A DNA stretch of 64,000 nt, taken from positions 3,211 to 67,210 of the forward strand of contig CAYMJM010000003.1 in assembly GCA_964391325.1 (NCBI GenBank), given 5' to 3'. The position numbers were made by a program, and so were the translations under genes. This stretch comes from an uncultured Candidatus Saccharibacteria bacterium. GTDB lineage: Bacteria > Patescibacteriota > Dojkabacteria > B142 > JAFGMG01. Below, piece after piece: positions 28,830 to 38,710 of this stretch; position 1 is the first letter of the stretch, and each line of letters starts with the position of its first letter. The notes under the pieces were generated by a model, which worked only from the letters and a program-made list of their open reading frames with translations, was not told where the DNA came from and did no database searches.

Positions 28830-30080
28830 TTACAAATTCTTCCCTACAATATATCCGGAGCTCCATGCCCACTGGAGATTGTATCCTCCACATTCTCCAT
28901 CAATATCTAGTATTTCTCCACAGAAGTACAAGCCTTGTTGCTTTTTGGATGCTAGAGTTTCAGGATGCACCTCTTTTACGGAAACTCCGCCAGCAGTAAA
29001 GTGCGCGTCATCGAAGCCACGTATCCCCTTTATGTCAAATCTGTAAGATTGGAGTAATCGACTGATCCTGTTTCTTGTCTTTTTTGTTACTTCTGATACT
29101 TTTTGAGAGGAATCTATTCCTTCTGTCTCTAGGATTGCTGGAAATACTTTGTAGGGTAGTAACCCAACAAGACTAAAACCTAGAGACTTGTTAGGAGATT
29201 GCTTCCATCTCTCGATTAAATATTGATCTAATTGATCCTTGTTTATTTGTGGAAGGAAATTGACCTCAACTGCTACTGGATTTTGTTTAATAAGTGTTTG
29301 TTCTGCAATATCTCTACTTATTTCTAGGATAGCAGGGGCAGACAATCCAAAATGTGCAAACATAATGGTTCCATGGTTTTCTGTGAACACTTTGTTGTTT
29401 GCATACGCCTTGATGTTGACTTCTACTTTTACTCCTTGTAGGCTATGGCACAGTGGTGATTTTACAAGTACTGGAACATGAGCTGGGAATAGAGGTGTGA
29501 TTGTATGCCCAAATTGTTCGGCATACCTATATCCGTCACCTGAGGTGCCTAATTTTTCATGGCTTTTTCCTCCAGTTGAAATTACAAGTTTAGGTGCAAA
29601 TACGTGTCTGCCGTCAGTTAATACAATTTCAAATAATTCTGCTTTTTCATCATATTTAATAACTTTTGGTACATTGGGTTTTGCTGTTTTGATTTCTAAG
29701 TTTTTCATTTCATACTCCAGTACGTCTACTACTGCTTGCGCCTGGTTAGATACTGGGAACAAACGCCCGTTATCTTCTTCTTTTAGTTCTATTCCAAGTT
29801 CTCGGAAAAACTGTTTGGTTTCGTAGACACCAAATTGGTTAAGGGCATTTAGCACAAACTTAGGTTCCGTTCCGAAATAGTGGATGGGTCGAGAGAGATC
29901 TTTGGTAACATTTTCATTAGATATGTTACATCTTCCATTTCCAGTTACCAGGATTTTTTTACCAAGTTTCTGGTTTTTCTCTACAATAAGAATATTTTTT
30001 CCTTTTCGCGTTGCTACTATTGCAGCCATCATGCCTGCAGCACCTCCACCAATAATTATGGCATCAAATTTATTTTTCAT
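28830..30080 (-). CDS. NAD(P)/FAD-dependent oxidoreductase, HI0933/BaiN-like family
   Basis: N-terminal dinucleotide fold DAIIIGGGAAGMMAA, NGRCN motif; 416 aa. Confidence 0.85.
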   Translation of the reverse strand: MKNKFDAIIIGGGAAGMMAAIVATRKGKNILIVEKNQKLGKKILVTGNGRCNISNENVTKDLSRPIHYFGTEPKFVLNALNQFGVYETKQFFRELGIELKEEDNGRLFPVSNQAQAVVDVLEYEMKNLEIKTAKPNVPKVIKYDEKAELFEIVLTDGRHVFAPKLVISTGGKSHEKLGTSGDGYRYAEQFGHTITPLFPAHVPVLVKSPLCHSLQGVKVEVNIKAYANNKVFTENHGTIMFAHFGLSAPAILEISRDIAEQTLIKQNPVAVEVNFLPQINKDQLDQYLIERWKQSPNKSLGFSLVGLLPYKVFPAILETEGIDSSQKVSEVTKKTRNRISRLLQSYRFDIKGIRGFDDAHFTAGGVSVKEVHPETLASKKQQGLYFCGEILDIDGECGGYNLQWAWSSGYIVGKNL

Positions 30081-30249
30081 CAGTGTGTTTTAATTACTTT
30101 AACTAACATGCATTATATATGTTCATGGATTCTATGATAAGTTAATCTATTTTGCATATGGTAAATACAAGGCTGATGGTATTTCAGTTAGATGAAATCT
30201 ACGGCATAAATATATTAAAATGTGACTAATAATTCTTAAGCTTAAACGA

Positions 30250-31014
30250 ATGATTTTGTTACTGGTGCTTTTGGTTTTTAGCGTAATTCTCGGGATTTTA
30301 TATCAACACTTCAGAGCAGATATGAGTAGATTTACAAAAGAAGCTGCTGGGGAGATAGAAAAATATAATTACTCGGTTCTTCTAAGATTTTTTCTTTTGT
30401 ACAGCATTATTTGTATTTCGCCAATGCTTGCTATATTAGCATTTATCTCAGTTTATAGTTTACCTTGGGTAGAATCTTTCGTCCAGTTTCTTTTAATAGT
30501 TCTAGGGATAATTATAATCAGCTTTGCCAGCGCTACTTACTATACCTCGATAACTATTGAGCAATTTGTGATGAAACCCATAAAGGAGTCTGATTACTAT
30601 AAGCCATTGAGAATCGCTATCAAGTTTTTCCACGGGCCTATCAGTCATATTGGTCAGTATTTAGGATTTAATCTTTTGCTAATGTCATTGAGCATGTATT
30701 CTTACTTCGATGTTAAAGATTTTAGTCTGCATGAACTAGTTTTGGCTGGAAGCTTGGGGATTTCGCTAGGAGGGCTTATCGGATATGCACAGCATCTAAA
30801 TAGAACGTGGAAATATCAGCTATGGGCTTTTGCTTTTGTTGCGAGTCTTTTTATTACTCTGATTGCGTTTCAACTCATTGATTTAAGAAACGAATTTACC
30901 GTAATTTATTTATTTTACCTGATTGTAGCTTTAAGCTTCCTATTTATAAAAAATATCCGTGCATTTAGGTATAAAGAAAGAAATATATATTCGCAAGAAT
31001 ACTGGTGGATTTAA
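30250..31014 (+). CDS. Hypothetical polytopic membrane protein
   Basis: 254 aa, about 6 TM helices, no motif recognised. Confidence 0.55.
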   Translation: MILLLVLLVFSVILGILYQHFRADMSRFTKEAAGEIEKYNYSVLLRFFLLYSIICISPMLAILAFISVYSLPWVESFVQFLLIVLGIIIISFASATYYTSITIEQFVMKPIKESDYYKPLRIAIKFFHGPISHIGQYLGFNLLLMSLSMYSYFDVKDFSLHELVLAGSLGISLGGLIGYAQHLNRTWKYQLWAFAFVASLFITLIAFQLIDLRNEFTVIYLFYLIVALSFLFIKNIRAFRYKERNIYSQEYWWI

Positions 31015-31036
31015 ATTACATATAAAAATTAAAAAT

Positions 31037-31639
31037 ATGGATCAGACAGAACTTGAAACATTTTTACAAGCAAGTATTTTACCTGTTTTAGAAAAAGGAA
31101 GGAAAAATTGGGATAAGGAGCATACATTAGCTGTAGTGCACTACCTAAAGGAAATTTTGAAGCACATAGATTATAATCTTGATGAGACAGTATTATTGAT
31201 AGCAGCTTATGCACATGATTGGGGGTATTCAGGGCTTTTTCTGCATCCTAACGTCCAGCTTGATGAAGTGGCCAAACAGAAAAAATTGCATGCTATACGT
31301 GGCGCGGAGATGCTTGCCAAGTTACTCCAAAGTCCTTTTTTTAACGTTCTGTCGCCTGCTCAAAAGGAGCGAGCTGTGCATTTGGTTAAAGTTCATGATG
31401 AGCTAGAGAGCCTTGTCTCTAAGGATGAAATCATTTTAATGGAAGCTGATACTCTAGGAGGACTAGATATCAAAAGGGTAAAACCGACATTTAATAAGCA
31501 ATCCAACGTTAAGTATATAGCAGGTGTGAAAAAGAAGCGTTTGCCTTTATTTGCACATAAGTTTAGTATTCAAAAGGCGCACATGCTGTTAGCAGAAAGA
31601 GAGAATTATTATAAAAATTATAAACTGACCGATGGTTGA
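31037..31639 (+). CDS. HD-domain phosphohydrolase
   Basis: H..(AYAHDWGY) HD motif; start moved to ATG 31037 (MDQTELE) to remove overlap with upstream membrane gene. Confidence 0.7.
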   Translation: MDQTELETFLQASILPVLEKGRKNWDKEHTLAVVHYLKEILKHIDYNLDETVLLIAAYAHDWGYSGLFLHPNVQLDEVAKQKKLHAIRGAEMLAKLLQSPFFNVLSPAQKERAVHLVKVHDELESLVSKDEIILMEADTLGGLDIKRVKPTFNKQSNVKYIAGVKKKRLPLFAHKFSIQKAHMLLAERENYYKNYKLTDG

Positions 31640-32240
31640 TATAATTCAAGTTGGGGATCTAAAACAACAGGAGAAGAAATTAGCCAAGCAAAAAGCATCT
31701 CAAACTGAAAAAGAAATAGCCTTCAAACCTCTGTACATTCGTCACTGTCGATTCTATTTGGTTACCCAATTGTTGTCTATTCAACTTACATTTTTTATCC
31801 TAGGCGTATTATTAGCTTTCACAGTATATATGCTTACTATGGTGCAATTACCAGTATTGCTCCCAGTTGGTTTATTGTATATATCTGGCTTTCTGATAGA
31901 TGGGATAGTTGCTTTCCATGTTTATACTCAGTGGAAGAGAAGTTATTACGAAGTAAGTTTAAAAAGTATTGCTTATTACAAACAGTCAATATTTTTTTCG
32001 CGAATAAATACTTACAAAGTGGAGCAGGTTATCAGAGTGCGCTTTATACAAGGTGCGTTAGGGAAGATCTTTAATTGTGGAGATATAGAAGTATATGATT
32101 CTGCGTCTACAAACCCAGTCCGGCTTCTGAATGTTCCGGAACCCAATAAAATTAGGGATGCTATAGAAGAAGCCATGATTCAGGAGAAAAGAGTAGACAC
32201 AGATGTTGTTCTCCTAAACGATGAGAATAAAGAAATCTAA
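31632..32240 (+). CDS. Membrane protein with bacterial PH-like domain (YdbS/bPH_2-like)
   Basis: Two N-terminal TM helices followed by a ~90 aa soluble domain; pattern matches YdbS-type bPH proteins. Confidence 0.6.
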   Translation: MVDIIQVGDLKQQEKKLAKQKASQTEKEIAFKPLYIRHCRFYLVTQLLSIQLTFFILGVLLAFTVYMLTMVQLPVLLPVGLLYISGFLIDGIVAFHVYTQWKRSYYEVSLKSIAYYKQSIFFSRINTYKVEQVIRVRFIQGALGKIFNCGDIEVYDSASTNPVRLLNVPEPNKIRDAIEEAMIQEKRVDTDVVLLNDENKEI

Positions 32241-32253
32241 TTATAGCTCAGGG

Positions 32254-33987
32254 TTAGCTTTTTAATCTGCCGGTTTGCAAATCCCATAGGTTTTTGTAAA
32301 CGCCGTTTGGTGTTTTGATTAAGCCCTTATGAGTTCCTTCTTCTACTATACTGCCATTTTCTAGTACTATAATCCTGTCGGACTTCATGATCGTAGACAA
32401 CCTGTGGGCAATAACAATTGTTGTTTTGTCTGCGGCAATTCTCCAGAAAGCCTCTTGAATCAATTTTTCTGACTCTGAATCCAGCTGACTTGTTGCCTCG
32501 TCAAAAACAATAATTGGCGGATTTACTAATACCATCCTGGCTATTGCCAGCCTTTGCTTTTGCCCGCCAGAGAGCTTGATGCCCCTTTCACCCACCATTG
32601 TATTGTATTTGTCTGGAAGCGACTCTATGAATTTATCTAAATTTGCCATCCTTGCCGCTTCTTTAACTTCCTTTAGCGTTGCCTTTGGATTGCCGTAGGC
32701 AATATTAAAGGCTATTGTGTTGTTAAACATTAAGGCCTCTTGTGGTACCATCCCTATGTTAGACCTCAAACTTTCTTTCGTAACTTCTTTGATATCATAG
32801 CCATCTATAAGGATTGATCCTTTAGTAGGATCATAAAATCTTAACAGTAATTTTATCAGAGTAGTTTTTCCTGCTCCTGACTTGCCAACAAGCGCAATTG
32901 ATTCATTAGGCTTTATATGCAGATCAATTGAGCTCAAGACGGCTGTCCTATCTGAGTATTTGAAGTCGACATTTTTAAAATATATATCTCCTTTTATTGG
33001 AGGTAACTTTATAGCATCCTTTTTTTCCTGAATTGCTACTTTAATACTGAGAATACTAAGATATTTCGACAAGTCACTTTGGTGCTTGGCAAGCTCCCTT
33101 AGCCTATATATTAAATCCTTTAGTCTGGGGAAAAACATAAAAGAGAAAGTAAGTGTCACAGCAAAATCTCCAGTTGTAAATTCTCCACTTTCAACTTTAT
33201 TCACGCTTATAACAATTATCAATATAAGGCTAATGAGAGCAAGGAACCCGGTCCATACTTCAATCAACCTGAAAGTATTTGCATAATTCCACATTGCCCT
33301 GATCCATCCTTTATACTGGTGTAGTAAACGTTTTTGCTCCTGTTTTTCTTGAGCAAAAATATTGACGGTTTCATAATTGATCAAGTTGTCTCCTATTATC
33401 CCTGATATTCTGTCTTCTTCGTCATTTAAAGTATCTCGGTTTTTCACGTTAATTTTAATCAAAAAGTAAGTGAACAATAAGTTTATGATGAAGCTAATCG
33501 TGATGACTGCACTCAGCGATCTATCTAAGGCAAAAAAGACTATTGATACAAATATTAAGTCTATGAAGATTTTTAGTAACCCACGGAATATTTCTATGTT
33601 ATAACTCCAAAAAGCACTATCTCCTCTTTTAATCATTGAAATCAATGAGCCACTCCTTTTATTAGCATGAAAGTCAAAATCCAGCTCATGTAGTTTATTA
33701 AAGACCTCAATCTTAAGATCTCTCGCTGCTTGGATTAGATAGCTGTCATGAATAATATAAGAGAAGGGTACGAGGAATAGATTAATACTTTCCAGAACAA
33801 TAAATGCGACAATCGTTCTAAGCAACAAAGCTTTGTTGAAATTTTCTATTCCTTCAAAGAAATATCTTACTAGCAGAGCTGAACAATTATTGACTACTTG
33901 ACTTAGTATAATGAGCCCGATCCCAATAAAAAAGCTATATTTATACTTTTTTATAAAAATGTAAAAGTCACTGAAAGAATTTTTCAT
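32254..33987 (-). CDS. ABC transporter ATP-binding/permease fusion (type I exporter, MsbA-like)
   Basis: Six-TM N-terminal domain, Walker A GKSGAGKTT, signature LSGGQKQR, Walker B IIVFDEATS; 577 aa. Confidence 0.9.
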   Translation of the reverse strand: MKNSFSDFYIFIKKYKYSFFIGIGLIILSQVVNNCSALLVRYFFEGIENFNKALLLRTIVAFIVLESINLFLVPFSYIIHDSYLIQAARDLKIEVFNKLHELDFDFHANKRSGSLISMIKRGDSAFWSYNIEIFRGLLKIFIDLIFVSIVFFALDRSLSAVITISFIINLLFTYFLIKINVKNRDTLNDEEDRISGIIGDNLINYETVNIFAQEKQEQKRLLHQYKGWIRAMWNYANTFRLIEVWTGFLALISLILIIVISVNKVESGEFTTGDFAVTLTFSFMFFPRLKDLIYRLRELAKHQSDLSKYLSILSIKVAIQEKKDAIKLPPIKGDIYFKNVDFKYSDRTAVLSSIDLHIKPNESIALVGKSGAGKTTLIKLLLRFYDPTKGSILIDGYDIKEVTKESLRSNIGMVPQEALMFNNTIAFNIAYGNPKATLKEVKEAARMANLDKFIESLPDKYNTMVGERGIKLSGGQKQRLAIARMVLVNPPIIVFDEATSQLDSESEKLIQEAFWRIAADKTTIVIAHRLSTIMKSDRIIVLENGSIVEEGTHKGLIKTPNGVYKNLWDLQTGRLKS

Positions 33988-34071
33988 AAGAACTTAGGAA
34001 ATGCAATTCTATATTCTATCAGTTATATAAAGCGTTTCAAAGTGGTTGCAATTTAATATGCTGCAAAATAA

Positions 34072-34080
34072 TGTTATAAT
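34072..34080 (+). promoter_or_regulatory. Candidate extended -10 promoter element (TGTTATAAT) upstream of rnj
   Basis: TGnTATAAT at 34072-34080, 22 nt upstream of the rnj ATG; no good -35. Confidence 0.3.
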
Positions 34081-34101
34081 ATTAGGTTAATAAATAATAA
34101 A

Positions 34102-35778
34102 ATGTCATATAATAAGAAAGAAAAAGTAAGAATAATACCGCTTGGTGGAGTTGAGCAAATCGGAGCAAATTGTACCCTTATCGAGTATGAGAATCAAATT
34201 GTCATAATTGATGTTGGATTGGGTTTTCCTTCTTCCCAGATACTAGGTATTGATTATTTTATTCCTAATCTTGATTATTTAAAGAAAAATAAGCACAAAA
34301 TTGAAGGTGTTGTGATCACACATGGTCATTTGGATCACATTGGCGGGCTCTCTCATTTTATTGAGGCGCTAGATTTCCCCGAAGTTTATGCCTCCAGATT
34401 CGCACTTGAGCTAATCAAGGTTAAATTAAAAGAAAAAAAATTGTTGGATAAGGCAAGACTGCGGGAGGTCTCTCCCGATTCCAAATTGCAGTCCAAAGCT
34501 ATTACGATAGAGTTCTTTAGAGTAAACCACTCGATCCCGGAGTCTATGGGAGTTTTAGTTAGAACTCCAGCCGGTAATATAGTGCATACAGGAGATTTCA
34601 AATTTGATAATTCTCCTGTCAACGAGCCAGTAGCTGATTATGGTAAATTAGCCAAGATTGGTAATGAAGGGGTACTTGCTTTACTGTCTGATTCAACAAA
34701 CTCTTTTAAGGCTGGCCACTCAACATCTGAGACTGAGGTTGCTGAAATACTGGAGAACGTTTGCGAAGATGCAAAAGGCAGAATTATTGTTGCAACTTTT
34801 TCCTCTCTTGTTACTAGATTATACCAATTAATCCAGATAGCCCAAAAATTGAATAGGAAAATCTATATTTCAGGTAGAAGTATGGAGACAGCGATCAAGA
34901 TTGCTAAACAGATTGGTTATATAAATGCATCTTCAGATTTGTTCATTAACCCCAAATCTGTTAAAAGATACAAAGAAGACAGAGTGATGGTGCTGGCTAC
35001 TGGGGCACAGGGAGAAAGTATGGCTGCTCTCGCAAGAATGGGCAGAGGAGAACACAAGGATATCAAAATTCAAAAAGGAGACACAATAATTCTATCGGCT
35101 TCTGTAATCCCTGGGAATGATCTTGAGGTGCAAACTATGATTGATGCTCTGAGTAAAAAAGGCGCCATAGTTTTTCATAAGGATATAATGGATTTGCATA
35201 GTTCCGGACATGGATTTAAAGAAGATCAGAAATTAATGATTAATTTAGTTAGACCGAAATACTTCATTCCTATTCATGGATACCAGTCTTTTCTCTTTGA
35301 GCATGGTAGAACAGCACAGGAGCTAGGCATAAAAAAACAGCATGTTATTTTATCTGAGAATGGAGATATTATTGAAATAGACCGTTCTAGCTGGGACAAG
35401 GTTGGTAGAATTAAAGCAACTCCACTGCTAGTATCAGGATTAGGCGTCGGCGATATAGGAGCCAGCGTTTTGTCAGATCGAGAACAGCTAGCAAATTATG
35501 GCATTGTTTTCGTTGTGATGGTAGTGGACAAGAAAACTAAAAAACTATTAAACAGGCCGGATATTATTTCTCGTGGGTTCGTGTATGTGAAGCATAATTT
35601 TGATTTGATTGACTCCATATCAGATAAAGTACAAGCAATTTACAACCAGGAGATTACAAAAGCCAGTGACCTCAAGAGTGTTAAACAAAAAATTCAGGCA
35701 GAAATTAGAAGGTTATTATATAAAGAAACAGAGAGAGAGCCCATGATATTAGTTAGTTTTCAGGAAATTGGTGTATAA
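34102..35778 (+). CDS. rnj: Ribonuclease J
   Basis: Metallo-beta-lactamase HGHLDHIGG motif, beta-CASP and C-terminal domain; 558 aa. Confidence 0.92.
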   Translation: MSYNKKEKVRIIPLGGVEQIGANCTLIEYENQIVIIDVGLGFPSSQILGIDYFIPNLDYLKKNKHKIEGVVITHGHLDHIGGLSHFIEALDFPEVYASRFALELIKVKLKEKKLLDKARLREVSPDSKLQSKAITIEFFRVNHSIPESMGVLVRTPAGNIVHTGDFKFDNSPVNEPVADYGKLAKIGNEGVLALLSDSTNSFKAGHSTSETEVAEILENVCEDAKGRIIVATFSSLVTRLYQLIQIAQKLNRKIYISGRSMETAIKIAKQIGYINASSDLFINPKSVKRYKEDRVMVLATGAQGESMAALARMGRGEHKDIKIQKGDTIILSASVIPGNDLEVQTMIDALSKKGAIVFHKDIMDLHSSGHGFKEDQKLMINLVRPKYFIPIHGYQSFLFEHGRTAQELGIKKQHVILSENGDIIEIDRSSWDKVGRIKATPLLVSGLGVGDIGASVLSDREQLANYGIVFVVMVVDKKTKKLLNRPDIISRGFVYVKHNFDLIDSISDKVQAIYNQEITKASDLKSVKQKIQAEIRRLLYKETEREPMILVSFQEIGV

Positions 35779-35854
35779 ATATACATTAAGATGGATTTTT
35801 GTATATTTATAGAATATAATTCTATTAACCTTCAAGCTATTACAATAAAACAAT

Positions 35855-36457
35855 ATGGGTGATGAGCAAATTGGTCTCCAGATAAAAAAAGCGCGTATGG
35901 AAAAAGGACTTTCTCAAGAGGATCTGGGAGAGAAGCTAAGTGTTACATGGGAGATGATAAGTCGTTATGAGAATGGGAGAAGCAGCGCAAGAAAATATCT
36001 AGTGCAACTGTCAGAAATTTTAGAAAAACCAATTAGTTATTTTTTTGGAGTTCAGGAGTCACTTAGTACAAATATTGTAGAACAAATTGTAAAATCTCTG
36101 AAAGAGAACGATATAGGCTTACAGCAAGGATATATTAATAAAGTTCCTCTAGTGGATGATATGTCCATTTTGGGTTTCGCAAAAAGTCTGAAATTCACCC
36201 GACAGGTCTATACAGCCCCTGATTGGATAATTGAAAAATATAAGGATATTTTTGCCTTGAGACTGGCAAGTACTGCTTACGAAGGAATTGAAGTTGGTGA
36301 AGGGGATATTGGCTTTTTTTCTCCAGGAATAGAGTCTCAAGCAGATGATATTGTTTTGGTAGAGGATATTTCTTTTTATAAACTTAGAAAGTTCTCACCA
36401 GAAGAAAAGAATTCTGTTGTTGCTGTTTTAATAATGCAAGAGAAGCGCTATAGATAA
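35855..36457 (+). CDS. XRE-family helix-turn-helix transcriptional regulator
   Basis: N-terminal HTH (LSQEDLGEKLSVTWEMISRYENG) typical of Cro/C1-type regulators; 200 aa. Confidence 0.75.
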   Translation: MGDEQIGLQIKKARMEKGLSQEDLGEKLSVTWEMISRYENGRSSARKYLVQLSEILEKPISYFFGVQESLSTNIVEQIVKSLKENDIGLQQGYINKVPLVDDMSILGFAKSLKFTRQVYTAPDWIIEKYKDIFALRLASTAYEGIEVGEGDIGFFSPGIESQADDIVLVEDISFYKLRKFSPEEKNSVVAVLIMQEKRYR

Positions 36458-36513
36458 TGTTGTGCTTTCTTGATAGAATCAGCCAAGTACATTACTTTTG
36501 TCTATCATATATT

Positions 36514-37905
36514 ATGCCGAGAACCAAAATTTTATGTACCCTAGGACCTTCCAGTTGGGACAGACCGGTCCTTCAAGAGATGATTGAGAATGGAATGACT
36601 ATAGCCCGAATCAATGGAGCATACGCAGATATAGAAGAGTTGCAACGGGTAGCCAAGCTGGTTAGATCTATCTCCAAAGAGGTTGCTTTGATGCTGGACA
36701 TTAAAGGGGCACAGGTACGTTTAAACAAATTTGAAGAATCTATTACGGTACAACCAGGTGATGAGATTATAATAGGAAGTTCTGCAGAAGATACGATGTA
36801 CCCAATTACCTATCCAGAACTCTATCGGGACTTGGAAAAAGGCCACATTTTATTGATAGATGATGGTAGAGTTAAACTTGAGGTAGTCAAGATCCAGGAT
36901 GCAAAGATAAAGGCTAAGGTAATATATGGAAAAAAGATTCTTCCTGGCAAAACAATTAGTACTCCAGGCATACCATTATCCAATCCTCCTATAACTAAAC
37001 GGGATATTGAGCAGATAAAATTTGCTGTGAAAGATAATTGGGATTATATTGCTGCCTCTTTTGTGAGAAATAAAGATGATATCCTTCAGGTTAAAAAGCA
37101 TGCTAAGGATTCTCTTATTAAGGTTATGGCTAAAATAGAAGATGAGCAAGGTGTTAAGAATATTGAGGAAATAATCGACGTATCAAATGGAATAATTATA
37201 GCAAGAGGAGATCTGGGAGTAGAAATGCCATATGAAAAAATTCCTGCTCTTCAAAAACACATAACCACCAGATGTTTGCTCAAAGCAAAGCCGGCGATTG
37301 TTGCGACGCATATGCTTGAATCAATGCTTGAGAACCCAAATCCAACAAGGGCTGAAATTAATGACGTCGCAAATGCGGTCTTTGATGGTTGCGATGTTGT
37401 TTGGCTGAGCGCTGAAACCACTACGGGAAAGTATCCAGTTGAGGCCGTGAAAACTTTGGCAAGAATAAGTTTAGAATCTGAAAAATATGTAGTTCCTGAA
37501 ATTCTTTACGGAGAGCCAGAAGATATTAATCCTATTACTGTAGCGCTAGCAAGGGGAGTTATTGATATATGTGAGGGCCTTCCAATTGATAAAATAATAG
37601 TAGCTACTGGAACCGGAAAAACAGCCAGAGTGATTTCTAGTTTTAAGCCAAAGCAACCTATTATTGCTCTTACCTCAAATGACATATATCAGAGACAGCT
37701 CCAAGCTACCTGGGGAGTTATACCTAGAGTACTGTTTACTGAGGATGTTAGTAGGGATAAAGGTATAAAGAAAATAGCTAAAAAAATTATTTCAGAAGGT
37801 TTGGTCAAAAAAGATGATTTAATACTGGTCATAAGAGGAACTACGCCAATAACAAAAAGGACCAACTCTCTCGAAGTGGGTTTAGCTAAGGAATTCCTTA
37901 AGTAA
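36514..37905 (+). CDS. pyk: Pyruvate kinase
   Basis: N-terminal RTKILCTLGPSS, MLDIKG, and conserved barrel motifs; start moved to ATG 36514 (the 19-aa track extension from 36457 is non-protein-like). Confidence 0.92.
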   Translation: MPRTKILCTLGPSSWDRPVLQEMIENGMTIARINGAYADIEELQRVAKLVRSISKEVALMLDIKGAQVRLNKFEESITVQPGDEIIIGSSAEDTMYPITYPELYRDLEKGHILLIDDGRVKLEVVKIQDAKIKAKVIYGKKILPGKTISTPGIPLSNPPITKRDIEQIKFAVKDNWDYIAASFVRNKDDILQVKKHAKDSLIKVMAKIEDEQGVKNIEEIIDVSNGIIIARGDLGVEMPYEKIPALQKHITTRCLLKAKPAIVATHMLESMLENPNPTRAEINDVANAVFDGCDVVWLSAETTTGKYPVEAVKTLARISLESEKYVVPEILYGEPEDINPITVALARGVIDICEGLPIDKIIVATGTGKTARVISSFKPKQPIIALTSNDIYQRQLQATWGVIPRVLFTEDVSRDKGIKKIAKKIISEGLVKKDDLILVIRGTTPITKRTNSLEVGLAKEFLK

Positions 37906-37976
37906 ATCTGAATTATAAAGATAAAATTAAAGCCCTCTTTCAGGAGGGCTTTCTGTTGCAGTTTGAGAATATAGGT

Positions 37977-38387
37977 TTATCCTAGAAGAACAAATAATAG
38001 TACTCCTATTAGGACTAATAGAGCTATGGTCAAACCTAGTAGCAAGAAAAGTCCTTTATTTGATGAAGAAGGTTCTTCTTCTGAGTGCTCTTCTAGTTCT
38101 GGTGTCTCCTCTAGTTCTGTTTGGGATAGGATACCTTCAGGAGGAGTTTTGTGCGGCTGAGTTTCTACTTCAGCATCAGGTTCAATTTGAGTTTCATCTG
38201 TGTCTAAGTCTTGGGCTATATTTACTTCATCTGGATTGGTTTCTACTATTTTTTCACTTTGATCTGTTGTTTGGTCTGGGCTTAAGTCGATATTATCACT
38301 GGGCTCAGGATGAGTAGCCGTAGGCAATGGCTGTGGAGGATCCTGTATAGGATCGGATGGACTGCCTTGATTCTGTGGAGTTGCCAT
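37977..38387 (-). CDS. Acidic low-complexity tail-anchored membrane protein (hypothetical)
   Basis: 136 aa: ~110 aa D/E/P/T/Q-rich segment followed by single C-terminal TM helix (LFLLLGLTIALLVLIGVLLFVLLG); GC higher than surroundings. Confidence 0.45.
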   Translation of the reverse strand: MATPQNQGSPSDPIQDPPQPLPTATHPEPSDNIDLSPDQTTDQSEKIVETNPDEVNIAQDLDTDETQIEPDAEVETQPHKTPPEGILSQTELEETPELEEHSEEEPSSSNKGLFLLLGLTIALLVLIGVLLFVLLG

Positions 38388-38544
38388 ATACTTAATTTAA
38401 TAATTTTATTGATTACAATATATATATTTTTTTACAACATTACAAGGTTGATAATTTAGTTGAGGATTTCACAAGCATCCCTGTTATGTTAAAATTGCAT
38501 GTTTGAATGGTAGTATTGATTTTTCGAGTTTGAAAATCTAAAAT

Positions 38545-38616
38545 GGCGACGTAGCCAAGTAGTAAGGCAGCGGTCTGCAAAACCGCTATGCGCGGGTGCA
38601 ATTCCCGCCGTCGCCT
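38545..38616 (+). tRNA. tRNA-Cys (anticodon GCA), CCA not encoded
   Basis: Acceptor GGCGACG/CGTCGCC perfect 7 bp, anticodon stem GCGGT/ACCGC with loop CTGCAAA, T-arm GCGGG-TGCAATT-CCCGC (non-canonical T-loop), discriminator T. Confidence 0.85.
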
Positions 38617-38625
38617 TGTCGTTAT

Positions 38626-38710
38626 GCCGGGATGGTGGAATGGTAGACACGCTGGACTTAAAATCCAGTGCCTTTAACCAGGCGTGCGGGTTCGAGTCCC
38701 GCTCCCGGCA
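38626..38710 (+). tRNA. tRNA-Leu (anticodon TAA), long variable arm, CCA not encoded
   Basis: Acceptor GCCGGGA/TCCCGGC, anticodon stem CTGGA/TCCAG with loop CTTAAAA, long variable arm, T-arm GCGGG-TTCGAGT-CCCGC, discriminator A. Confidence 0.9.

Noticed and set aside
36457-36513. TAATG-coupled start for pyruvate kinase at 36457
   Set aside because: Would add a 19-aa hydrophobic, non-conserved leader (MLCFLDRISQVHYFCLSYI); PK N-terminus MPRTKILCTLGPS at 36514 is canonical. Translational coupling remains a minor possibility.
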